Source of the DNA: a virus | Taxonomy: Duplodnaviria > Caudoviricetes | Length of the DNA: 64,000 bases | IMG/VR virus record: IMGVR_UViG_3300031998_000031 | Location: 1 to 64,000 of that record | Direction: 5' to 3' (one strand) | Part shown: positions 26,547 through 35,151 of the stretch, one piece after another | How positions within the stretch are numbered: position 1 is the stretch's first letter | Layout of the letters: every line of letters begins with the position of its first letter | The notes under the pieces: model-generated | Told to the model about the DNA's origin: nothing | What the model saw: only the letters and a program-made list of their open reading frames with translations | Databases searched by the model: none | Program-made: the position numbers and the translations under genes

Positions 26547-29408
26547 ATGGGCGAACCTTTAATTACACCAGAGCTTCAGGCTCGATATGACAGCATCATC
26601 CGGCAGCAGACCGGCGTTAGTGATTACCGTAATGATGGTTTCGTTAACTTCGTCACCAAGTACGGGACCTACAGCGATGCCAACGAACACTACTTTTTCA
26701 TGCCGGAAGCAGATGTTTCCGACGACACGCTGACCAGATTCTATGAAGGAAATGGACTGTTCGCAAAGATAATAGATGTCCCGGCGGAAGAGGCAATGAA
26801 GCACGGGTTCACGCTTGGCGATTTGGCCGATGCCGAAATCATTGATTACTACCAGAAGATATGTGAAGACCTTGACTTGGAAGAGTCCATGACCATAGGC
26901 ATGCGCTGGGCAAGACTTTTCGGCGGTTCGATAGGCGTAATGCTTATCGACGACGGAAGGGGCATAGACGAACCTCTCGATTGGAAGCACATAAAATCCG
27001 TCGATGGCATCCGCGTTTTTGAGCGTGCGATAGTCCAGCCTGATTACCAAAGCATGTTTAGGTATCAGCACAAGGACCCGTACAGGGCCAGACGGAAGGT
27101 CATTGGCAGTCCTGAGTATTATTACGTGACGAGCAAGTACGGATATTTTGCCGTGCACGAGAGCAGGACATTGCCGTTCCTTAACGGAACACTGCCTGAG
27201 AATACATCGAACAGCGTATATCAGATTTGGGGCCTGCCTGAATACATAAGGCTCCATAGAGCCATACGCGACGCCGAGACCGCGCACGGAAGCGCGAACA
27301 AATTGCTCGATAGGTCGGTGCAGGCAGTCTATAAGATGAAGAACCTTTCCGAGGAGCTTGCGACAGAACAGGGAGAGGAAAGAGTCCTTAAAAGGCTTCG
27401 GACCATCGACATGGCGAGGGGCCTTTTAAACAGCATTACGATAGATGCCGAGGGCGAAGAGTACGACTTCAGACAATTCACCTTTACTGGAGTGTCTGAT
27501 GTAATCGACTGCACCTGCAACTTCGTTTCGGCGCTTACGAACATACCGCAGACCATACTGTTCGGGCGCAGTCCCGCCGGTATGAATTCCACGGGCGAGT
27601 CAGATAATGAGAGTTGGTACAGCTTCGTAGAGCGCATCCAAAAGAGGATGCTCAAAGGCAATCTCAGATATCTTACATCTATCATCTTTGCGGCTGGAAT
27701 AAATAGCGGCAAGCTCAAGGAATTCCCCAGCTTCGAGATAGAGTTTAACCCGCTGTGGACGCAGAGCGAAGCCGAAAAGGCTGACCTTGACCTCAAGAAG
27801 GCCCAGACGGCTCAGACCAGAGCGGCGACTGCGATGACTTATATCCAGAATGACGTAGTAACGCCTGAGGAAGTCAGGAAGAACCTTGCCGATTCTGATG
27901 AGTTCGATGTCGAAACGATGCTCGACGATATACCCGAAGATGAGCTGATGTCTGAAGATATCATGAATGACATGATGAATGCGCAGCAGCCCGGAAACGG
28001 ACAAATGCCGCCCGGAAACGCGCCGGGTGGTATAAATCCCCAACAGCCCGCAGAAAACCCCGCTATAGGGCAAGGGCAGGCTCAGGCTGCCGATTCTGAT
28101 GTAGATGCGAGCTACGAGGATATCGTCAATATGGAGACCGCGAAACGCGTCAACGAATCCATGGCCGCGGAGGAAGAACCTGAGACCAACGAAGATTCTG
28201 AGGCGGATGTCGAGCAGGCCTATGAAGATGTGGTGAATCACGAGACCGCGATACGCGTAAACGAGTCCTTGGACTACAGTATGGAGTTCGATGAGGACCC
28301 TGATACGGAGTCCCCGGTCGATGCTGAAAATTTCGGCGTCGGAATCTTAGTGATAAAGGACGGGAAGATACTTCTGGGCGAAAGGCTCCAAGGTAATCAG
28401 CCCGGAACGCTTTGTGGTCCCGGCGGACATATACACGTTGGAGAAACGCCGCTTCAGGCTGCTATAAGAGAGTCTGACGAAGAGTTCGGAATCATCCCCA
28501 CAGACCTAATGTACATCGGCTCCCTGAAGAACGAGCGCGGTAAGTCATATCAGTTCCTGTGCACCGATTACGAAGGCGAAATCACGGCCAAAGATGGCGA
28601 GATGGGCAGCCCACGTTTTGTTGACCCGCAGTGGTTGATGGAAAATCAGGACAAACTGTTCTCTCCGTTCGCTCAGGCTGCTGGCATGACATTCTATAAG
28701 ATAGGGGCCGCCGATAACAACCCCTTTAATACGGATGGAGATGAGCCTGATGGATGGATTGCAGAAGATGGTAATCGTACTTCTGCTGATAGCGACGATA
28801 ATCTTGTGGAAGGACAACCTGAGGCCGTAGAGCAGCGCCTTGGCGAAGGTATAGACAGCCGCTTGGATGGTGGCCCCGGCTCCGGCAACTTCGGACACGG
28901 AGGGAGACCCGGTGAAATCGGAGGTTCGGCTCCGAACGACAGCTCAGGCAGTGCTAATACTGAAGAAAATGCACCCAAACACTTGACAAACAAGGGCGAA
29001 CGTGATACGATTCAATCACAAAAGAGCACTAATCCCGGCCCCGTAGTTAAAATAAATTCTTCCGAACTGCGTGAAGCGCTTAAGAGCGGAAAGATAAGCA
29101 CAAAACTGCGGATGTCTCGACAGAACAGGCATATAAAGGGGACGCCCGAATACGAGGCTGCATCCAAGACCAGAAACGTCGGATATATCACGATAACCCC
29201 TGAGGAGGTTAGAGAGATAATCGAAAAATACGCTGGCCGGGGCGCAGCTTACGGAAACGGAGTCCAGTTCAAAGAGACCATCGATGTCGGGAAGGTGATT
29301 GGCGTACACGTAAGCAGAGCGGGGAAAGAGAGCGAGACTACGAGATGCACCATCCACTATGGAGAAAAAGGTGCTCACATAGTGCCCGCGGCCCCGGCGA
29401 GGTATTAG
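26547..29408 (+). CDS. Portal protein (DUF1073-like) fused to a Nudix hydrolase and a C-terminal Ntox50-like toxin domain
   Basis: Portal motifs ARLFGGS, IPQT.LFG.SP.GMNSTGESD, F.PLW; Nudix box at 28422-28490; toxin QNRH..GT...TIHY..KGAHIVP. Confidence 0.88.
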   Translation: MGEPLITPELQARYDSIIRQQTGVSDYRNDGFVNFVTKYGTYSDANEHYFFMPEADVSDDTLTRFYEGNGLFAKIIDVPAEEAMKHGFTLGDLADAEIIDYYQKICEDLDLEESMTIGMRWARLFGGSIGVMLIDDGRGIDEPLDWKHIKSVDGIRVFERAIVQPDYQSMFRYQHKDPYRARRKVIGSPEYYYVTSKYGYFAVHESRTLPFLNGTLPENTSNSVYQIWGLPEYIRLHRAIRDAETAHGSANKLLDRSVQAVYKMKNLSEELATEQGEERVLKRLRTIDMARGLLNSITIDAEGEEYDFRQFTFTGVSDVIDCTCNFVSALTNIPQTILFGRSPAGMNSTGESDNESWYSFVERIQKRMLKGNLRYLTSIIFAAGINSGKLKEFPSFEIEFNPLWTQSEAEKADLDLKKAQTAQTRAATAMTYIQNDVVTPEEVRKNLADSDEFDVETMLDDIPEDELMSEDIMNDMMNAQQPGNGQMPPGNAPGGINPQQPAENPAIGQGQAQAADSDVDASYEDIVNMETAKRVNESMAAEEEPETNEDSEADVEQAYEDVVNHETAIRVNESLDYSMEFDEDPDTESPVDAENFGVGILVIKDGKILLGERLQGNQPGTLCGPGGHIHVGETPLQAAIRESDEEFGIIPTDLMYIGSLKNERGKSYQFLCTDYEGEITAKDGEMGSPRFVDPQWLMENQDKLFSPFAQAAGMTFYKIGAADNNPFNTDGDEPDGWIAEDGNRTSADSDDNLVEGQPEAVEQRLGEGIDSRLDGGPGSGNFGHGGRPGEIGGSAPNDSSGSANTEENAPKHLTNKGERDTIQSQKSTNPGPVVKINSSELREALKSGKISTKLRMSRQNRHIKGTPEYEAASKTRNVGYITITPEEVREIIEKYAGRGAAYGNGVQFKETIDVGKVIGVHVSRAGKESETTRCTIHYGEKGAHIVPAAPARY
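28973..29011 (+). promoter_or_regulatory. Repeated promoter, copy 7, embedded in the portal-toxin CDS
   Basis: ACCCAAACAC-TTGACA-17bp-(TG)TACGAT just upstream of the toxin-domain codons. Confidence 0.7.
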
Positions 29409-29409
29409 T

Positions 29410-29628
29410 ATGGATGATGAGAAACTGTTAGACGCGATGGCTGAATGCGAGCAGCGGACGGCTGAAGTCAAGCTGAAGGATAACAGCATTATAAAAGGAT
29501 TCGTAGATGTCTTTGAAGACAGATGCGACAACGAGGATGGCAAGGCCTCAATCTGCCTGATGACAGAAAAGGGCGGAGCCATAATCGATGAGAGTCAAAT
29601 CGAGAGTATCAGAGCTATTGATAACTAA
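29410..29628 (+). CDS. Putative immunity protein for the portal-fused toxin
   Basis: 72-aa acidic ORF 1 nt after the toxin stop. Confidence 0.7.
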   Translation: MDDEKLLDAMAECEQRTAEVKLKDNSIIKGFVDVFEDRCDNEDGKASICLMTEKGGAIIDESQIESIRAIDN

Positions 29629-29660
29629 GCCCATAGATTCCTCTTTTTGAATATCACCAC

Positions 29661-29717
29661 CACAGGTATAAGAAAGCCGAGGGGACTTCACCCCCTTCGG
29701 CTTTTGTTATGCCTGTG
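29661..29717 (+). terminator. Long hairpin terminator
   Basis: CACAGGTATAAGAAAGCCGAGGGG / CCCCTTCGGCTTTTGTTATGCCTGTG. Confidence 0.7.
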
Positions 29718-29746
29718 AAAACGGCTCACTGGGAGATGATTTACAT

Positions 29747-30676
29747 ATGAATAATCAAATATACCGGGAGACCGTAAAAAGGGTCGTACAGGACGATTTT
29801 AAGGGTCAGGAACAGGTCGCGAGCAAGAAGATGCCACGATACCCGATGTCATCCGAGCGGCAGATGCGCATGATTACTAATGCGTATATGAGAGTCCTGA
29901 ATGAGGAGCTAAAAAAAGAGCTTCCGACAATCCTTGCAGCCTACAAGGGCGAGCGAGCTGATATGCGCATGGACGACGCGTCAGACTTCAGAAGCGCGGT
30001 CCGCAGCGCGTTCTACAGGATTCTGCAACGGATGGAGAAGCGCTATTCGAATTTCGAACTTGAAGAAGAGCTGACCCGCATATCCAAGATGACCAAGGAC
30101 CGGGCCAAGCGCGAATGGCAGCAGATGATTAAGCGCACGTTCGGCGTCAATATCTTGGAGGACTATTACAGCGATGCGTTCTACCAAGACATGTTGAAGC
30201 AGTGGGTAGACGAAAACGCGGCTAAGATACAGTCGATACCCAAGGACGCCTTGGACGATATACAGGAAACGATTCTCGAAGGCTACGAAGAGGGCTTGAC
30301 CATAAGAGACATGGCAAAAGAGGTCCAGAAGGACTACGACATGTCAAAGCGTAAAGCCACGCTGCTGGTAAGGGACCAAGTAGGGACCCTGAATGCCGAT
30401 ATCACAAGGCGGCAACAGGAAGACGCCGGTGTGAGCGAGTATAAATGGTCGGATTCGCATGATGAGCGCGTCAGAGACTGCCACAGAGAGTTCAATGGCC
30501 ATATATACCGATGGGATGACCCGCCGGAAGAGTGGTACGACACCAAGAGCAGAGGCCGGGTATACACCGGGAAGTATTACAACCCCGGAGAATCACACTG
30601 CTGTAGATGCTGCGCGATACCAGTATTTAATATCAACACGTTCGATATTCCGATACAGCCCGTATTCGAGGAATAA
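29747..30676 (+). CDS. MuF/SPP1 gp7-family minor head protein (no toxin extension)
   Basis: RDQ...LN, Y.W....DERVR..H...G..Y.WDDPP, PG...CRC. Confidence 0.92.
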   Translation: MNNQIYRETVKRVVQDDFKGQEQVASKKMPRYPMSSERQMRMITNAYMRVLNEELKKELPTILAAYKGERADMRMDDASDFRSAVRSAFYRILQRMEKRYSNFELEEELTRISKMTKDRAKREWQQMIKRTFGVNILEDYYSDAFYQDMLKQWVDENAAKIQSIPKDALDDIQETILEGYEEGLTIRDMAKEVQKDYDMSKRKATLLVRDQVGTLNADITRRQQEDAGVSEYKWSDSHDERVRDCHREFNGHIYRWDDPPEEWYDTKSRGRVYTGKYYNPGESHCCRCCAIPVFNINTFDIPIQPVFEE

Positions 30677-30691
30677 AAACGATAAAAGGCA

Positions 30692-30729
30692 ACTAAAACG
30701 CTTTACAAATTAAGATAATATGCTATAAT
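30692..30729 (+). promoter_or_regulatory. Repeated strong sigma-A promoter, copy 8
   Basis: ACTAAAACGC-TTTACA-16bp-(TG)TATAAT. Confidence 0.78.
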
Positions 30730-30751
30730 GTATATGGGAGGAATGACCTGA

Positions 30752-32131
30752 ATGGATAAGGCTGTCGAAGAATACAGAAAACGTAGACAAATCCGGCTCG
30801 ATGCGAAAAAGGCCGTAGCGGACTATAAGCAGCGGCGATATGAAAGAATCATGAGCAGGGCGTTCAGAGTCGATAACTTTGCTGGCATGGTATATGCCAC
30901 GCTCAAGGATGAGGGAATCGACACTCAGGACATGGAGCTTCCCGAAGCCATCGAAAAGTTCAACGAGCTGAAAGGCAAGAACGGTGGTGGCTCGAAAGAT
31001 ACTTCTGCAAAGACCCCCAAAGAGGCAAAGACTCAGAGCGGGAGCGAACCCCCTCAAAACAAAGCTCCTGTGGCCAAGGCCTCCAAGCCGACAACAAAAA
31101 GCTCTGTGCCTGCCTCAAAGGGTCTTAAAACAGCGTCCGAAAGTTCAAAAGCGAAAAAGAGCGCCGCAAACGAAAAGCCGCAGGAGGCTAAGGGCAGTCC
31201 TGAGACATCAAAGGCGGTCGGCTATGTCAAGACCGGCAAGAACGGCAACCTTATCCCTAAGACCGAAACTGCTAAGACCATCGACGTAAAGGGCACGATT
31301 GAGCACAATAAAGACGGCAGTATCAAGCCTAACTCTCTCACAAAATACATCGATAAGGACGGCAATCTGAGCCCTGAGCGTCAGGCGGTCCACGATGAGA
31401 TAATCAAAAAGTTCTTTGCTGAAAAGGTCCCGTTCGACGGACAAGCCACTATGATAATGGCTGGCGGCGGTCCGGCGTCTGGCAAGTCCTTCATCAGTAA
31501 GGGCGCAAATTCTCAATTTGGAAAAGATACCACTGTCAAGATAGACCCCGACGAATTCAAGGCTATGCTTCCGGGATTCAAGGATATGGCTATCGAGACC
31601 GATGAGGCCGCCGGGTTCTATCACGAAGAGTCCTCCGCGCTGGCAAAGAGAGCATATCAGTTTGCTGCTGACAACAACCTGAATGTGGTGTATGATGGAA
31701 CTGGAGATGGTTCTGTAAAGAGCGTCATGAAGAAGCTCCAGACGGCACGTGATGCTGGATACAAAATCACGGGACAATACGTCACAGTCGACACGGATGA
31801 AGCTGTAAAGAGGAACCAGCAGAGATATGAGAACGCTTTAGCCAAGTACAACGCTGGAGAGAGTGAAATTCCCCCGAGACTTGTCTACGAAAATTATGTT
31901 CGCGATATACACAGCGCTGTATCAGATATTTCCATACAGGTCGCAAATCTTTATGATAGCTTCGAGCTGTATGATAACAATGTTCCGCAAGGCTCTCCAC
32001 GGATACTTATCGCAACCTGTTCAAAGGGTGGCGATTTGACCGCCGTAAAAGGGCAGGAAGATAAGCTCCAGAGGTACTTGAATAAAGGAAAGTCTGGAGC
32101 AAAGGTGGTAAATGGTGTCGTAAAGAATTGA
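30752..32131 (+). CDS. Zeta-toxin-family P-loop kinase with a duplicated shared leader
   Basis: GGGPASGKS, IDPDEFK, HEESS, VYDGT, A..RN..R motifs. Confidence 0.85.
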   Translation: MDKAVEEYRKRRQIRLDAKKAVADYKQRRYERIMSRAFRVDNFAGMVYATLKDEGIDTQDMELPEAIEKFNELKGKNGGGSKDTSAKTPKEAKTQSGSEPPQNKAPVAKASKPTTKSSVPASKGLKTASESSKAKKSAANEKPQEAKGSPETSKAVGYVKTGKNGNLIPKTETAKTIDVKGTIEHNKDGSIKPNSLTKYIDKDGNLSPERQAVHDEIIKKFFAEKVPFDGQATMIMAGGGPASGKSFISKGANSQFGKDTTVKIDPDEFKAMLPGFKDMAIETDEAAGFYHEESSALAKRAYQFAADNNLNVVYDGTGDGSVKSVMKKLQTARDAGYKITGQYVTVDTDEAVKRNQQRYENALAKYNAGESEIPPRLVYENYVRDIHSAVSDISIQVANLYDSFELYDNNVPQGSPRILIATCSKGGDLTAVKGQEDKLQRYLNKGKSGAKVVNGVVKN

Positions 32132-32142
32132 GGTGATGTGAT

Positions 32143-32361
32143 ATGAGTGTAGAAAAAAGAAAGTACACTGGTTCGGCTCGTGATGTATTTGACATGACGC
32201 GAGCGCTGAATGCTGAGCTTTCAGTTGAGGAGTGCGGCTTCGAACTGGACGAGGAGCACAAAGCGGGATATGAAAGAGACCTTAAATGGCTGAAGGACCA
32301 GAGGGCTGAAAACCCCGGCGTTCCGATAGCCTACGACGTTAAGTATTCGTATTTAGATTGA
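32143..32361 (+). CDS. Putative antitoxin/immunity protein
   Basis: 72-aa ORF directly after the Zeta-like gene, then a terminator. Confidence 0.62.
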   Translation: MSVEKRKYTGSARDVFDMTRALNAELSVEECGFELDEEHKAGYERDLKWLKDQRAENPGVPIAYDVKYSYLD

Positions 32362-32385
32362 TAAGGAGAACTGAATGTGATTGAT

Positions 32386-32415
32386 AAAAGAGCGCCTACG
32401 GGCGCTTTTTTATTT
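32386..32415. terminator. Bidirectional-type terminator
   Basis: AAAAGAGCGCC-TACG-GGCGCTTTTTT. Confidence 0.75.
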
Positions 32416-32426
32416 GGTGCCATGGC

Positions 32427-32618
32427 GTGAAAAAATTCGACATGATAAAGGCCTACATTCGATATGGGGATGGCAACAGGCCTATATGTATATGTAAGAG
32501 ACCGAACGGCAGAGCATGCCGTAAAAAATATAATTGCGAGCCTGAGGTAGTATGGCGGGACATCTACTACCGATGGGAACAGACTATGAATACGAATAGG
32601 TTTGGCAAGGACTATTAG
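32427..32618 (+). CDS. Small basic Cys-containing protein
   Basis: 63-aa ORF with GTG start and weak RBS. Confidence 0.45.
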   Translation: MKKFDMIKAYIRYGDGNRPICICKRPNGRACRKKYNCEPEVVWRDIYYRWEQTMNTNRFGKDY

Positions 32619-32645
32619 TCCCTGCCTTTTTGTTTTGGAAGGAGG

Positions 32646-32999
32646 TTGACGATGGCCATGAAAAAGAGCGTCAACATGGACGGCATGTACGACGGCAAGA
32701 TGACCGAAACAGATTATCTGCTTCAGTATCTGAGTAATGCTGCAAACGACATGTGCATGTTCAACAACAATCTTGAAGAGCTTCAGGACCAAGGCAAGGA
32801 GACTACCGATGCCTATGGGCTGACCAAAGAGATGCTGATGAATGCGCTTGGTCGCACTCAGCGCCTGCTGCTTAAGGTCACTGAGGTGTTGACAGAGACA
32901 CGAGAAGATGAATCGGCGTTTTTTGCGGGCGAGCTCACTGAGGTGAAGAAGCCCGACGTAGAACACGAGCTGCCGGTCGAAGAGGAGGCCGAGGAATAA
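32646..32999 (+). CDS. Acidic head-module protein
   Basis: GGAGG RBS; abuts the DUF2213 gene. Confidence 0.7.
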   Translation: MTMAMKKSVNMDGMYDGKMTETDYLLQYLSNAANDMCMFNNNLEELQDQGKETTDAYGLTKEMLMNALGRTQRLLLKVTEVLTETREDESAFFAGELTEVKKPDVEHELPVEEEAEE

Positions 33000-33000
33000 A

Positions 33001-34635
33001 ATGTCTGCCCCCACGTTAACAAGAGTCACGCGGCTCGATGCGATGCCGTTTGGTGCTACATATTACACGGCTGAAGGATTCCTGAGAGATAGCCCGATAC
33101 TTACCTCTACGGGAATCTTTGAGTATACGAACTACGATGGTTCGAAAAGAAGGGAGCTTCGACTTCCTGAGGATGTTTTTGACCCTGAAAGCTTGGCGAG
33201 TTACCTTGGCAAGCCTGTGGTAATCAGTCACGATGCGGGACTCATCGACAAGAATAATGTCAGTGAGAATTCAATCGGAACGATTATCAGTAAGGGTTAC
33301 CAGTCCGGCAATGACGTTCGTGCCGATATCGTAATCCACGACACGGACGATATGAAGAGTTGTGGCTTCAAGGAGCTATCCCTTGGATACAGCCTTGACT
33401 TGGATGAGACGCCCGGTGTCTGGAATGGCGAACGGTACGATGCTGTTCAGAAGAACATCCGCATTAACCATTTGGCTTTGGTGCGGGAAGCCAGAGCTGG
33501 TGAGCAGGCTCGACTGAATATTGACAGCCGAGACGCAAAAACTCTTATAGGAGGAAAAGTAATGAAGAAAAATCCCAAGAAGACCAGTCGTGCTGACGGA
33601 ATTCTCTCTCCTGAAGAGCTTGAAAAGGCCATTAAGGAGTACAAGGCAAAGAGAGCTTCCGAAGTACAGGCTGACGAAGACAAGCCTGAAAAGGCTGTCG
33701 AGTCTGTTGCGGTCGAGGAAAAAGAGGTCGCGGCGGAAGTTCCGGCTGAAGAGACCCCTGCCGTAGCAGAAGAGACCCCTGCCGAGGTAGAGGAAGAGCC
33801 CCTTGTCGTCGAGGAAGACGAAGACGATGAAGAGGAAGTCACCGAACCTGTGGAGGAGCCTGAGACCGTCGAGGAACAGGTAGCTGTTCTCAAAGAGAAC
33901 CGCGACCGTAGAGATGAGGACGGAGACCCTAAGGATGTCGACGACGCTATGGTTACCATCGCCCATCAGGACGAAGATATTCAGAAACTGTTCGATATCA
34001 TCGATACCCTTCTCGCTCAGAGAGACTTCAAGGAATCTAAGGAAGATTCTGCTGACGAAGACATCCCCGACGCTGAAAAGGGTGACGTACCGTTCGAGGC
34101 GGAGCCCAAATGTGACGGTAAGAACTGCGATTCCGAAGACGTCCTTGTAGAAGAGGAAGTCAACGAGGATGAGGACGACGAAATCGTTGAAGAGGAAGTC
34201 GTTGAAGAGCCTGTAGAGGAAGTCAACGAGGACGAGGATGAGGAGGAAGAGGACGACGAAGAGGAAGAGCTTCGCGTCAATACCGATTCTGTAGATGAGA
34301 TAGTCCGCACTAAGGTAAATCTCGGAATGCTCGGTCGCGGCCTTGGCATTGAGGGTCTTGAGAACCTCAAGATAAAGACTGCTAAAAAGGCAATCATCAG
34401 CGCAGTCAGACCCAACATGAGACTTGACGGAAAGTCCGATACCTTTGTAAACGTGGCCTTTGATATGGCCGTTGCAGAGATAGAGGCAAAGTCCGTTAAG
34501 GATACAAACTATCAACTTAAGCAGATGTTCAATTGCGACGCTGCAACCGTTAAATCCAATGACATACCCTCTGCAACTGAAGCGCGTCAGAGAATGATTG
34601 ACCGTCAGCAGAGAAAGAACAAGGAGGAAAAGTAA
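33001..34635 (+). CDS. DUF2213 prohead protease/scaffold (nested scaffold start at 33562)
   Basis: GIFEY, ELSLGY, NHLALV..ARAG; acidic C-terminal half; internal AGGAGG plus in-frame ATG. Confidence 0.88.
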   Translation: MSAPTLTRVTRLDAMPFGATYYTAEGFLRDSPILTSTGIFEYTNYDGSKRRELRLPEDVFDPESLASYLGKPVVISHDAGLIDKNNVSENSIGTIISKGYQSGNDVRADIVIHDTDDMKSCGFKELSLGYSLDLDETPGVWNGERYDAVQKNIRINHLALVREARAGEQARLNIDSRDAKTLIGGKVMKKNPKKTSRADGILSPEELEKAIKEYKAKRASEVQADEDKPEKAVESVAVEEKEVAAEVPAEETPAVAEETPAEVEEEPLVVEEDEDDEEEVTEPVEEPETVEEQVAVLKENRDRRDEDGDPKDVDDAMVTIAHQDEDIQKLFDIIDTLLAQRDFKESKEDSADEDIPDAEKGDVPFEAEPKCDGKNCDSEDVLVEEEVNEDEDDEIVEEEVVEEPVEEVNEDEDEEEEDDEEEELRVNTDSVDEIVRTKVNLGMLGRGLGIEGLENLKIKTAKKAIISAVRPNMRLDGKSDTFVNVAFDMAVAEIEAKSVKDTNYQLKQMFNCDAATVKSNDIPSATEARQRMIDRQQRKNKEEK

Positions 34636-34636
34636 C

Positions 34637-35128
34637 ATGAGTGCACAGACCACCTACAAGTTCAATCCCGTAATGGGCGCGGCTGGCGGAATCGTTGACC
34701 TTGCCCCGTATGAAGTAAATGCCTTCATCGTTGAAGAGAACACCGGCGTTATGCAGGCAGGCGTAGCTGTCGTATCTGGAACCAAGGCTGGTTCTGATAT
34801 CAAGCTGCCCACCAGCACCAGCGGCCACTTCGAAGGCATCACCACCAACAGACGTACCAATGAGCACGGCCTTGAAGGCGAGACCTACATCCGCAAGGGT
34901 CAGGCTCTTGGCGTAATGAGATACGGCAGAATCTACGGAAGAGTAAAGACTGGCGTATCCGTAGCTTATGGCGAGCAGGTTTACGTTCTCGTATCCGGCG
35001 ACGAGAAGGGATATCTGACCAATGTTTCCACCGACAACATGCCCATCAACGCTACTTTCCAGAGTGCAGTTGATAATGGCGTAGCAATCGTAGAGATTGC
35101 CAACGCTCCGTATGTTGCCAGCAACTAA
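34637..35128 (+). CDS. Capsid decoration/cement protein
   Basis: Between scaffold and MCP; G.AVV, VMRYGRI pattern. Confidence 0.72.
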   Translation: MSAQTTYKFNPVMGAAGGIVDLAPYEVNAFIVEENTGVMQAGVAVVSGTKAGSDIKLPTSTSGHFEGITTNRRTNEHGLEGETYIRKGQALGVMRYGRIYGRVKTGVSVAYGEQVYVLVSGDEKGYLTNVSTDNMPINATFQSAVDNGVAIVEIANAPYVASN

Positions 35129-35151
35129 TCAGAAGGAGGGTTTTATCTAAC

